Assembly (NCBI RefSeq): GCF_009914755.1
Contig: NC_060933.1
Length of the DNA: 64,000 nucleotides
From: the human T2T-CHM13v2.0 reference genome, Homo sapiens
Direction: 5' to 3' (one strand)
Shown: in pieces, positions 1 through 18,929 of the stretch
Position numbering within the stretch: position 1 is the stretch's first letter
How the letters are laid out: each line of letters begins with the position of its first letter
Notes under the pieces: generated by a model
The model's input: the letters and a program-made list of their open reading frames with translations, nothing else
The model's database searches: none
What the model was told of the DNA's origin: nothing
Made by a program: the position numbers and the translations under genes

Positions 1-262
1 CTCCTTCTTAAGTTCAGCAATTCAGGATTCCAACTCGAAGGGAGGTGAGTTTACCAGTCCCCCTGTAACCCCCTTTGGTATTTTCCGAATTTTAGTTCTT
101 TTCTCCTAATCTTACCAAGCTGTCAAGTTCTCAGCTGGTCCTTAACACTTGGCAATTGCTCTCAGGGACCAAAGTGGTTATAAATGTAGGGTGTCCCTCT
201 TTAGATCCTGTCTCTCTGATACCTTACTATCTTTCAAGTTATTTGATGCTTTCATGCATATA

Positions 263-267
<5 letters not shown>

Positions 268-292
<25 letters not shown>
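268..292. repeat. (TG)n microsatellite
   Basis: About 12 perfect GT units next to the pseudogene poly(A). Confidence 0.95.
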
Positions 293-293
<1 letters not shown>

Positions 294-297
294 CAAC

Positions 298-1940
<1,643 letters not shown>

Positions 1941-1995
1941 TAGTTTTCAGTTATATACAGAAGTCAAGAAAATAGTTCAGAACAACCCCGTTTGA

Positions 1996-2407
<412 letters not shown>

Positions 2408-2794
2408 TTATTTCTCTAAGCAACTCTGGTTTCTGATAGTTTTTACTAGGGATATCCTTGTAAATTTTACTTTAATTTTGTAGCTGTTGGGAGGATTGTT
2501 TAAATTACCAGTCCATTGTTCCCAAGAGTTGGCCATTTATATTGATCCTTGCGGGTGGCCTTCAGAAACCCATCAAAGACCCAGAGAGACTGCTTGTTGT
2601 CCATAGGTTTGGGCAGAGGGGGTTGTGCCATGGACCGTTTGCCAGTTTTATGAAACCTATGGATGCCTTTTCAGAATCTTCTGAACACAGTGAATGAAAT
2701 ACATAGGATCACAACAGAAACCAATTATATTTAAGTTATACAAATATTACTACCCTGTTAAACAGAAGACCATGGTGTCTTTCTTTGTCAGTAA

Positions 2795-3799
<1,005 letters not shown>

Positions 3800-3910
3800 A
3801 AAATTAAGGTTTTGATGTTTAATAAAAATCAATTGTGGGGTGGTCTTTGGCTTACCTCCTTTTATATATTCATCAACAAATAATTGTTGATGGGGAACTT
3901 TAGTGAGCAT

Positions 3911-4592
3911 TGTGGATGTATGATTTCGATACAGTTCGACTTAGATCAAAGTTAATAGGTTTTCACAAGACTGCCCTCACTTTGGATACCAGCTGCAAAC
4001 TTCGGGGGCTCCCATGTTACTTTTATTTCTGACCAAGTACAAATGTGGAGGTTTCCATCACACTCAAGTTTGATAATTCAGTTAGGATGACTCACAAAAC
4101 TCAAGAAAGTCCAGTACTTATAGTTTATTATAGCAAAAAAAAAAAAATACAAATTAGGACCAACCATAAGAAGTGACATATAGGGCAGTGTCTGGGAAGG
4201 TCTCAGATATGAAGTGTTCATGCCCTCCTGTGGAGACAGGGTATTAACCGGGAAAGCTCATGTGAGCCTCTGTGTCCAGAGTTTTTATTGGTGCTTAACT
4301 ACATCAGCATGATCCATTGAATCATTGGCCTTGAGCTTGAACTCAATTTCTTGCTCCCCTCTCTGAACTTTGGGCTGTTATCCTGGGGCTCAGAGCCCCA
4401 ACCTTCTAATGCCATGGTTGGTCTTTCTGGTTTGGCCAGCCCCCCACCTCCACATCCTGAGATCTTGTTAACATAAACTAGGTGCTCACCATGAATCACA
4501 GAGATGCCCTGTCCCTCTCAGGACATTTCAGGGATTTAAAGGGCACCAACTGGAGCTGGGACAAAGGCCATCCAGTCTCTCTGTTATACCAC
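3911..4592. mobile_element. MER21/MER77-like LTR
   Basis: Motifs cacaagactgccc and actcacaaaactca are shared with the copies near 7.4 kb and 19 kb. TG...CA ends. Confidence 0.55.
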
Positions 4593-4990
4593 AGTCAGCA
4601 ATTCTGTTTTCAGTTTGATGCCTAAGGACCAGGCCTAGTGATATCACGTGGCTGACCTGAGCTGTGCCTGAGCGCCTGCATGAGAAGACTATGTGCTCTA
4701 TCCTGGTGGCAAATCTAGTCAAGTGTCAGCTGATGAGTTTAAGTGGTATTTTGAGCTACAACAAATGCAATGGGATGGAAATATATGTGATTTCTATTGT
4801 TGAGAAGTTGGAAGTACTACTACTAATACTGTGGTTTGTTGCACGCATTCATGATAGAAGGAAGTGCTGTACTTCAGGTAGAGGTTAGGAAAGATGAAGA
4901 TAAAATTTTTTCTCCTGTCCAAATCCATGGTCCTTATAAATTTTGACCACGTATTACACTTGTATTAAAACTTGGTGTTTTGATATTTAG

Positions 4991-7026
<2,036 letters not shown>

Positions 7027-7339
7027 TTGAATGAAATTTTCTACACATAGAAGAGTTGAAACTATAGCAGAATGACCTAACCTGTCTACCTGATATCAAG
7101 ATTTTAATTTGCTTACATTTTGCTCTACTGTTTTTTATTATTGAACCATTTGAAAGTTGCATTAAATTGCAGACATCATGACACTTGTTAAAGTAAGGTT
7201 GTTATTCTTTGTAACTACATGCCATATTTAAGAAAGCTAATTAGCCCTTCATATCTAATATCTATGCTCTGTATTTAGATTTTAGCTATATGTTTTTTTC
7301 GTATAAATGTCTGTGATAATTTATGTAATCCCCACTAAG

Positions 7340-8470
<1,131 letters not shown>

Positions 8471-9174
8471 CCTTGTGTGACAACAATTTTTTTTCTTTTT
8501 TGTTTAGGTCTTGTTGCATACCAAGGTAACAGTTTTAAGACAACTTGTTGACAGCCCAAGCTTCAGTTTACACTTGACATGTTTCACTATTAGTACTCCT
8601 GTATACTTTTTCATTAGTGGTCCTGGTGTTAAGATATGGGAACTTAGTATTTTTGCTTAAACAGTTTTAGGAGTCAATTTTCTTTTTATAAATAGCACTG
8701 TTCAGTGGTAGCAGCAGGCAACAAATACTTTGATATGACTCTGTTTCCTGAGAATTACTGCTTTTATATCTGAAATGTTGAAATATTCATGTTTTAGCCT
8801 TTTTGGAGACAATACATTGTCATTGATTTCTTGATACCCTATTCCTTTATTGAAGCAATCTATGTGTTTATTTTTAAATAGGAAGTTTATCTCGACAATG
8901 CTAGTTGCAGTCTGTGTGACCCTGACCAAGTTATTTTAATGTCTGTGCTGCAGTTTTTCAGTTTCCAAGATGGAATAGTTATAGTGCATATCTTCCTCAT
9001 GGTTGTGAGGAGTGCATGACACATAGCGAGTGCTCAGTGAACAGTCATTTTTCTGGTAAGTAGTTGGAGAATTTTTTGATCTCCTTTGAGATTGCAATAG
9101 AATGAGAATTTTGAGTTTCAGAATTTAAGTTCATGACACATTTTTAAGATTAGTAAAATTGCAAGCCTGGATAC

Positions 9175-9676
9175 TGTTAGATAAGAGTTCTAAATTTCTC
9201 TTCAAAGAATCAATATGTCAGTATGTTCAATTCTTTGCCTTCTACTTTTAAAATTAACTTCCTCTTAAAGCAGCCTTTCCTACCCTCATTCCTATTACGT
9301 GCTCCACCCTGGCTCATTCTGATTACCTGCTCCACCCTGACTCATTCTCCACCCTGACTCATTCTGATTTCCTGTTCTGTCATAACCATTTTTCCTGACA
9401 AACCACTCACCCCGTCACTCTCTTTAAATTAGCCAATTGGAAATAGTTTAGCCTGTGCGGTCTAACCCTAGCCAGTAGGGGAATGACACAGCAGCAGGGG
9501 ACCCATGCGTCAGGAATAAGAACCCCTTGCTCTCCCTTGTGCAGGTAGTGTGCTCACCACTGCTCCATCTGTGAGGGCGCACCCTTCTATAGAAGTAAAT
9601 TGCCTTGCTGAGAAGAAAAAAAAGAAAATTTTGTATTTGAGTGCTATTTATTTTGTGGCACTGAAACTTTATAACA
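9175..9676 (+). mobile_element. Solo LTR10 (LTR10F-like, HERV-I family)
   Basis: Runs TGTTAGAT...TATAACA, 502 bp, with a 4-bp TSD ATAC (9171-9174 and 9677-9680). Internal CTCCACCCTGACTCATT repeats, CCAAT at 9433 and an AGTAAA signal. Confidence 0.85.
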
Positions 9677-9857
9677 ATACTTAACTATATTTAATAAAGA
9701 TGGACTTAGCAAAGGAAAATCCAGCATCTTTTTTTCTCTTAATTTCTTATGAAAAATTTGAACTGAAATAAAAGTTCAAAGAATAACATTAGTGAACACT
9801 AATATTCTCTTCACCTACGTTAAAAAATACTTTGCCATGTTCATGTTGAATGGAAAT

Positions 9858-11173
9858 TGTAGGTGGTGCCATTGTTTTGAGCTAATCTTCTGCACTGGGC
9901 CATGATAGACCAGACTAAAATCTAAATGGAGCCACTCATGCTGAGGTTCCAGACTACCAAACTGAGGTGTTATCGGACCTTTCCAGAAATCAGGAGAGAG
10001 GAATAGCCTTAATTTCTCAAACCAGGCAGTTCCAGTTGGCATGATAATGCAGTTCCCAATCAGTGATTTCTCTATTGTCCTGTTTTTTCATTCCTTCCTT
10101 ACAAGGAAAGTAACTTTGAAATGACCAATCCGCTTTTTGTTCTGCCATCCTGAAATAATCAAAAGGATCACAGTCAAGTTTAAAAGAGTTTTATTCAGGC
10201 CAGGCGCGGTGGCTCATGCCTGTAATCCCAGCACTTTGGGAGGCCGAGGCGGGTGGATCACCTGAGGTTGGGAGTTCGAGACCAGCCTGACCAACATGGA
10301 GAAACCTCGTCTCTACTAAAATTACAAAATTATCTGGATGTGGTGGCGCATGCCTGTAATCCCAGCTCCTCGGAAGGCTTAGGCAGGAGAATAACTTGAA
10401 CCTGGGAGGCGGAGGTTGCAGTGAGCCGAGATTGCGCCATTGCACTTCCAGCCTGAGCAACAGGGTGAGACTCCGTCTCAACAAAACGAAACAGAAACAA
10501 AACAAAAGAGTTTTACTCAAGTGCAAAACTGAGAGTAGCCAACTGGGTAGCACAGAATCCAGAGGAATGGAGCCAGCCAGTCCTCTGAAGCTGAAAAGTT
10601 TAAGGTCTTGCTTATGTAGGCAGAAAACAAATTTAACAGGATTGCCACATTTTCCATACAAGGTTGGTTTATGAGTTATAGCAATTTGATTAGTTACAGT
10701 TCTTTTCCTTTTCCAATTTAAAAGAGTTTATTTAACATTCCATCTTAGTGTGGTAGTCTTGAGGTCTTTGTGTAAAAGAAGGAAGTTAATCTACAATGAA
10801 GATTAAGTTTAGAGGGATGGGGGTCTTCTCTGGAGCCCTTTAGTCTTTTCCAACATTTTACAAAACAGTGTAGGTAAAGAGGCTAATTCATTATCAGAGG
10901 ACTAAAGCTGCCTGTCATGTGACTCAGATCCCATTATCACATTTCTTTAAGGCTGAAAATAATTTAAAAACTTCCAGCAGATTTGATTTTGAATTATTTT
11001 CACAGTTCTTTGTTTCTGCTTTCTTCAGGCCTGTTCTGTCTGTACACGTAGCCTCTGCTCTGCTCATTGGATGCTCATTCTATTTTATGGAACAAAGTGT
11101 TGCTGGATTCTAGAATCGTAAATAAAGCTGTTTAAGATCCTTAAACCACATTATTGTAATTTTGTCTTTTGAT
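9858..11173 (+). mobile_element. ERV1/MER4-group LTR-like sequence interrupted by a second fragment and a sense Alu (10198-10507)
   Basis: Contains the motif aatggagccactcatgct, has AATAAA near 11121 and ends ttgtaattttgtcttttgata. Family uncertain. Confidence 0.45.
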
Positions 11174-12810
11174 ATTTATGTTAACCCTCATGTATGTATT
11201 GTTTTCTTTCCCTGAATTATTTGAAGTTAACTTACAGAAATTGTGAGTCTACCTCTTTAAGCATTTCAACATGTTTCCAAAGAATATATTCTCAGGCATA
11301 ACCACAATGTCTTTGTTGTGCTTTTAAAATTTAATGATAATCTTACAATATCTAATGTTTAGTCTGCATTTAAATTTTCCCAGTTGTCTTAAATGTGTGT
11401 GTGTGTGTGTCTGTGTGTTTTTTCTTTTGATACAGGGTCTCAGTTGCCCAAGCCGAAGTGCAGTGGCTCGATCATGGCTCACTGCAGCCTTAACCTCCTG
11501 GTCTCATGTGATCCTCCTACCTCAGCCTCCTGAGTAGCTGGTAGCTGGTACTACAGATGTGCACCACCACCCACAGCTATCCTTACTGTGTTGATTGATC
11601 ACTTGAACTCCTGGGCTCAAGTGATCTACTCCTCAGCCTTCCAAAGGATTAGGATTACAGGCATGAGCCATTGTGCCTGGCCTTAAGTGTCTTTTGTAGC
11701 TTTCGCCAGCCCCCTCCCCCCGCCCCAACAAACCGTGTGTTTAGGGTTTATTCATTGTGTCTTATTGTTGAGTCTTTAGTCTCTTTTAGTCTAGAGCAGT
11801 ATGTCTACCATTTTTCTTTTTTGACACTGACTTTTTGAAGAGTATGGCCCACTTTTCATGTACAAAGTCCACCTTTCTAATTTGTCTGTTTCCTCATGGT
11901 GTTGTCTAAGTTGCTTCTGCATCACCTGTATTTCTGTAAACTAGAAATTCGATCTAAAAGCTTGACTAGATTTTTTTTTTAATATATTTTATATTGCCAC
12001 ATTTCACCTGGAGGTAAAACATTTTTGACGAGTATTTTATAAGTGATATAGTCTGCTTTGCGTCATATCACATTAAGAAGTGAATAAAGCAAGGTTGATT
12101 CCCTTTTAATGATGCCAAATTGTTTTATCTTTCAATTCCGTTGTAGTGAAGGGTCAAGATTGCTCCATTGTAAAGCAGTAACATTTTCCCCTTTATAATT
12201 AACGAGTAACCTGTGGAGTTACTTGTTTTGATACCGTACAATTATTGTTCTCCAGCAACCTTTCTCTTGATAGTTTTAGCAACTATTGATGGGTCTCTCT
12301 GAATGCAGGACCTTCTTCTTAATGACCTTATAATAAAGCTCCATTTGACAATATTTTCCGTAACACTTGAAGGTTCTGCTAACCTAGAAATAATGCTAAC
12401 TCTGAATCTAAAATTTTTTTGTTTCCTTCAGTTTTTTCCTTCAGTTTTCATTTACAAAGTTAATCACTTAGTAGAATAACTTAAGGTGAAGATGGTATAT
12501 CTTTAAAAAAACCTGAGCAAATTAAATTTAGCCTTTTCCAGTCAAAGAAGAGTGGGATTTGTTTTAGAAAAGCTCTAGTTCATCTGAATTTTGAAAGCCT
12601 TACATGGCAGCTGTTAAAACCAGGGTTTTCATTAGTTAGCACTCATTAGTGTTTTCCTTTTGATCTGTCTCTGCATTTCTTTCTGGTCTTAACAGGAGTT
12701 AGGATAAGATCAGGTGGTTGAACTATTTATTACTTGCAACTCAAAAAAGAGAAAGGACTCTAAAATTTTATTTTATTTTTTAGATTACATCTCAACATGA
12801 GGGAAGGACT

Positions 12811-13111
<301 letters not shown>

Positions 13112-13759
13112 TGAGGGAAGGACTCTTATCTGGAGTTTTGCGTTCTAATATTATTCAAATAGCCACCATGTATCCTTCCCCCACTGCGACTCTTCCTTCT
13201 ACTCCTGTCTTAAATTTTTAGTTTATTAACAAGTTCAACTTGAAATTTTAATGAAGTGGAAAACAGCAGAAAATACTGCTAAGATAAGCTTAAATCTGAT
13301 AGGAGGGTACATACTTCAGAATATCAGTAAGTTAAAATTTTCATTTCATTGAATGAATTTGTTAGGATAAATTGATTTTATGTAGTTTTAAAATTTCTTT
13401 AATCTGGCTGGGTGCAGTGGCTCAGGCAGAATTTTTTTTCTTGATCTTTGAAGTCATTCTGTAAATAGCACAGAAAGGGAGTGGAGTCATGGGATGTTTT
13501 TTAAAATTGGGAAATACTACATTATGGTTTGTGGGTTTTTTGTTTGTTTGTTTGTTTGTTTTGTGACAGTCTTGCTCTGTCACCCAGGCTGTAGTGCAGT
13601 GGTGCGATCTCGGCTCACTCTAACCTCTGCCTCCCGAGTTCAAGCAGTTCTCCTGCCTCAGCCTCCTAAGTAGCTGGGATTACAGGTATGCACCACCACA
13701 CCTGGCTAATTTTTGTATTTTTAGTAGAGACCGGGTCTCGAACTCCTGGCCTCAGGTGA

Positions 13760-14098
<339 letters not shown>

Positions 14099-14229
14099 TG
14101 AGCTCAAGTGATCTGCCTACTTTGGCCTCCCAAGGTGTTGGGTTTACAGGTGTGAACCACTGCGCCTGGCCTTTACATCGTGTGTTGTATGTTGATGGGA
14201 CTATGCTAGTGGTAAATGTATACAGAGAA

Positions 14230-15400
14230 AAAGTATGGGATTGATTAGGCAAGTGACAGGGTTGAATGTGGCTCAGAGATATTGCATCTTTTATTATGGA
14301 GACAAAGGGTACTGATCAGTTAGTCAATTTGGTGGTAAAGTGATGAGTAGTTGAGTAGTTCTCTTTGCTTCTGTTTTCCTAGCCAATAGCAAGCCTGTCT
14401 GCTGAGGCTGTGGGTAGTATTGTTGAATGCACACTTGAGATACGAGATTACAAATTTGAAGTGAAATTTTTGTATGTTTTTCATCCATGTTTAACCACTT
14501 TATGTTGTAAGCACTCTAGGAAGGGATTTGGGTTAGGGTTTTGCCATACAACAGTGACAAGAAGAGAAGGGAAGAAAATTGAGAAAAGCAATGGAATAAT
14601 AATCATCGTGATGTGATTGACCATCCATGAAAATCTAAGCAGAATAATAAGGGAAGTTAGTCCCTGAGGGAGATAATGCGATATTGGAAAAACAATAAAG
14701 CTGTACATTGATACTGGTTGCATCAAATAATTGTTGGAATGGGAGTGTCAGTGTAAGAAAACTAGAATGATCAGAGATGGTTTTGAGTATGAGATACTTG
14801 AAATAAAGGTTTTGGGATTATTGCAGTTATTGTTGATAAAAAGGTCTGTGTTGAGACTGTGAGAATAGATGAAGTGTAGGGTAAGTGGTTTGAAGGTAGG
14901 GTGTGTAAGAGCCAGGCGGGAGGTTGAATGGATCATATGTGTGGATGTTGAGGATGTCAAGAATGTTGATGGGATCATGGAGGAAAAGAAGTAAAGCCAA
15001 TACCATAATCTTCAACAAATGAGTGCTGATGACGGAAGATTCACAGGTAGAAAAGTAACAAAAAGGGATAGCTGTTATGACTAGTGTTATGGCATGTGCT
15101 TCTAGGGTGAGGATTGGGGTAGGAGAGATTGTGTCAGGGTGTGTGGTGACAAATGCAAACCATCTTTTTGGGGGAGCTATTGGTGGTAGGGTCATGTGGT
15201 CAAAGTAGACTGCACTTTGCTGAAGAACGACTTTACCTTCTGGAGAGGTTTGGGCAGGCTGGGGGAAGAGAGTAATAGGGGCCCATTAGATAGGTCTGAG
15301 TGGGAAGAGAGTTTAATGAGGGAAAAGAGGGATATGAGATTTGATGTGGCAGCTGGATAGGCTCTCAGGGAAAGGTGAGTAAGCAACCAGTTGTCCTGAT
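14230..15400. mobile_element. Degenerate L2 fragments
   Basis: Purine-rich L2-like motifs (aagaatgttgatggg, gagatttgatgtggc). Highly diverged. Confidence 0.4.
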
Positions 15401-15500
15401 AGCCTTCATCTTAGGCCTAGTCTCTCTACATCATTGAGTGGTGAAACAGACCTGCTGTATCTCTAGGAACTAAATTTGGTTTAAAAGATGACACTGCTTC

Positions 15501-15793
15501 TGGCAGGGTGCAGTGGCTCACGTCTGTAATCCCAGCACTTTGGGAGGCCGAGGCAGGTGGATCACAAGGTCAGGAGATTGAGACCATCCTGACCAACATG
15601 GTGAAACCCCATCTTTACTAAAAATACAAAAATTAGCTGGGCATGGTGGCGCACACCTGTAGTTCCAGCTACTCCGGAGGCTGAGGCAGAATTGCTTGAA
15701 CCCGGGAGGCAGAGGTTACAGTGAGCCAAGGTTGCGCCACTGCATTCCAGTCTGGCGACACAGCGAGACTCTGTCTCAAAAAAAAAAAAAAAA
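15501..15793 (+). mobile_element. Sense AluS (Sc-like) 0.7 kb upstream of exon 2
   Basis: Full Alu body with A-tail. The sequence acactgcttc / acactacttc flanks it as a likely TSD. Confidence 0.88.
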
Positions 15794-16485
15794 GATACAC
15801 TACTTCCATAAAATGACTTTGGCATTTGCATGGGTGAGGAACTGTCTTTGAGGCTCCGCTGAAATTTCTCGACCTTTTTCTTTAGTTTCTGGAAGCTTGT
15901 GAGCAGAAAGGGAAACTCAGAGACGTGTTTGGCTATAATTCTTTCTCTTGCCCAAGACCCTGGCCTGCTGATCTTCAGCCTTGCTGTTACTCTGTCTTGA
16001 ACATGATTTCCTGTGCTGCCCCCGTGCTGTCCTTCCACTCTGCCTCCCCAGTAACCTCACACCCCTGTCTCCCACCCCCATACTCTGTTTCTTTGTGTCC
16101 CATTAGACAGATGGGCCATGCTGTCTAAATCTTCTGTGAAATCCCAGCATCCACCCTTTTCTGATTTCTAGCAGCAGGATGCTTTAGGATAATAATGGGG
16201 ATGTCAGACAGCAGCTGTATTGTGTTCCAGTTGATCTTGGAAGAGCTTCACTTTTGGGTCTTGCACATGTCCCAGGCTTCTTTTTTTAAAGAGTCTATCA
16301 CCTCTTTTTCTCCTTTCTACTTTGTCATGTCCTAAGAACCCAGGTCTTAGGAAATAAAGTTAATTGCTTTGGGACAAAATGCACTTTAGCTAATACTTTT
16401 GCTTAAAATTTTATGTTTAATGGCTCACTAGGCATAATTTTGCTCTCTTGATGCTCTAGTAATGAACTGTTTCACTATTTTACAG

Positions 16486-16643
16486 AGTGCTTGTGATTTC
16501 ACGTATTTTTGCTGAACTCGTAAAAGAGACACTTGGATGGTGGATTAACCAGAACACTAACATTCTGTGAAAAGTTTCAAATTGGAGAATATTGAATTTT
16601 CACCCTAGTCCAGCAGCTCCGCTGCTCACTTAAATACAGATGA
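16486..16643 (+). other. SPIN1: SPIN1 exon 2, 5' UTR portion (158 nt)
   Basis: Acceptor ttcactattttacag|AGTGC ends at 16485, followed by non-repetitive sequence running into the start codon. Confidence 0.85.
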
Positions 16644-16695
16644 ATGAAGACCCCATTCGGAAAGACACCTGGCCAGCGGTCCAGAGCTGATGCAG
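16644..16695 (+). CDS. SPIN1: SPIN1 first coding exon (exon 2), MKTPFGKTPGQRSRADA(G)
   Basis: ATG AAG ACC CCA TTC GGA... translates to the spindlin-1 N-terminus. Donor GCAG|gtaggc at 16695/16696; 52 coding nt. Confidence 0.96.
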
Positions 16696-17687
16696 GTAGG
16701 CATTGCGGTTCTACACATATTTAAATATATACTTTAATATAATTCATTTCAAACAAGTGTAAAATTGGGTACTTTCACATAATAGCTAGTGAAAAACTTT
16801 GTCATTTCTAGTATGTTATACACATATGCATATATTAAGAAGCAGATTTAAGTTTCTTGAAAGGGAAGTAGTCACATGAAATTTCTGTATAATCCTTTAG
16901 CAGGTTATAAATGTCTAGTAAATTTAGCAAGTGAATTGTAAATATCTGTTAATAGGATTATAGTAAAAGGAGTTTTTTCCGGAAGAGTTAAAGTGAGGTG
17001 ACATGAGTTGGATTTAGTGAGATTTAGTGTACTGAGAGCAACTTTTAGGAAGAAAGATAAACTTGGAATTTCTTGTGTTTACTTGAAAGAAGTTTACTGG
17101 TGTGGAAATTTTAATAAAAATTACATTCATTCTTATTTTTGTGGCACATAGCTAGTATAACTTGAATAGAAGTTAGTCTTTGCCTGATTTTTAGCGTGCC
17201 TGCCCCAATAAAGATAAACAAAATCTTATAGAATACCCTATAAAATAGGTAAGTCATACTTTCTTTGGGACTTGAAAAGCATTCTTCTCCATTTCAGACA
17301 TATATCTGAATGTTGAAAAAGAACATTTTAGGGTTCTTTGACAAATGAATCAGAATTATTCTATAAAAATTATTAATAGTACAAACTTAAGTGATTTAGA
17401 ACAATTTCTTCTATTTATTTACTGTAGTATTTGGAGTTCTGTTGTAGAAAAACCACAAGAATTAAGATTTCTAAGTACCCTTTATCTTTATTTTAGCTTC
17501 TCTTTTATAAAGATAATACTCATTTAAATATTTAATATTTGTCAGTCAGATTAATTTGGGTTGGTGATGACTGAAGTTTAAGGTATATGAGAGCTTACTC
17601 AGAATCCTAGCCGTTATTAGCTGTATAAAGATGGGCACATTTCTTAGTCCTCTTGAGCCTTAGTTTTTCTCATCTAAAAAAACGGGA

Positions 17688-18002
17688 CTTTTTTTTTCTT
17701 TTTCTCTCTTTTTTTTCTTTTTTTTTTGAGACGGAGTCTCGCTCTGTCACCCAGGCGATCTTGGCTCCAGGTGATCTGCAGCCTCTGCCTCCTGGGTTCA
17801 AGCGGTTCTCCTGCCTTGGTCTCCCCAGTAGCTGGGATTACAGGCATGAGCCACCCTGCCCGGCCAGTTTTTTTGTATTTTTAGTAGAGATGGGGTTTTG
17901 CCATGTTGGCCAGGCCGGTCTTGAACTCCTGACCTCAAGTGATCCTCCCGCGTCAGCCTCCCAAAGTGCTGGGATTACAGGTGTGAGCCACTGCGCCTGG
18001 CC
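17688..18002 (-). mobile_element. Antisense AluS inserted in a MIR, 1 kb downstream of exon 2
   Basis: Alu body with TSD-like aaaaa(c/t)gggact. MIR motifs (ctcatctaaaa, aggactaaatgagat) lie on both sides. Confidence 0.85.
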
Positions 18003-18284
18003 AAAAAATGGGACTATTAATGTACCTATTGGGGTTAAGGACTAAATGAGATGTGAGTCAAATGTTTAGGTAGTTGCCTGGCACTTTTAATAGTGTTATT
18101 ATTGATCATAATGTTTAGAATAAGATATTTTTATTTCTTCTCATTAATTGAAAAAATTGCTGCCAGGTGTTTATTGACTGGTGAAACCTCCCAGGTCTCT
18201 GTCATTTGAAATAGTAATTCCTTTTCTAAAGTTCATATATGTACAGCATACAGCATTCCAAATTCAACATGCATTCTTCTTTTA

Positions 18285-18635
18285 AATTTCTATTTTTATT
18301 TTAGATTCAGAGGTACGTGTTCAGGTTTGTTACAAGGGTATATTGTATGGTGCTGAGGTTTGGGTTTCTATTGATGCTGTCACCCAGATAGTGAACATAC
18401 TAGTTCCAGCAGGAAGTTTTTCAGCCCTTGCTGCGTCCCTCCTTCCCTTTAGAGTCCCCGGTGTTGATAGTTTCCATATTTATGTCCACATGAACCCAAG
18501 ATTTAGCTCCAACTTATGAGTGAGAATATGCAATATTTGGTTTTCTCTTTCTGCATTAGTTCACTTAGGATAATGGCCTCTAGCTGCATCCTTGTTGCTG
18601 CAAAGGACTTGATTTCATTCTTTTTCATGGCTGTG
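18285..18635 (-). mobile_element. L1PA 3' end (old primate L1)
   Basis: Motifs caggtttgttacaagggt, gagtgagaatatgc and cacttaggataatggcctc. Confidence 0.8.
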
Positions 18636-18929
18636 AACATTGCTATTTTCTTTATCGATTTTGAAATCATCTTGTGAGGAACCTAGCAGGCTGAGTAAAG
18701 TGATGTGTAATATGGTATAAGTAACTGAAGGAACTAAACCAAAAGATTTTATTTTTTTTAAAGGGTGAGATTGTTAATCCTAACAAGTACTTTGATCTTA
18801 CATTTTCTTATTCTTTGATTTTTTTATGGCATATGGCATAGGCTTAAAGACAAAATAGGTTCTATGTAAATCCTAGTTGGCGTGTGAGATATTTTAGCAT
18901 AAGAGTCCGTGAGGTTATTTTTTAATGTT

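Noticed and set aside
9283-9375. Short direct repeats with variable spacing, superficially CRISPR-like
   Set aside because: This is the internal tandem repeat of LTR10 in a eukaryotic intron, with no unique spacers or cas genes.
12650-12720. Acceptor-like site (ttaacag) followed by 18 nt and CAG|gtggtt
   Set aside because: The donor is weak and such motifs are common in long introns. There is no independent support.
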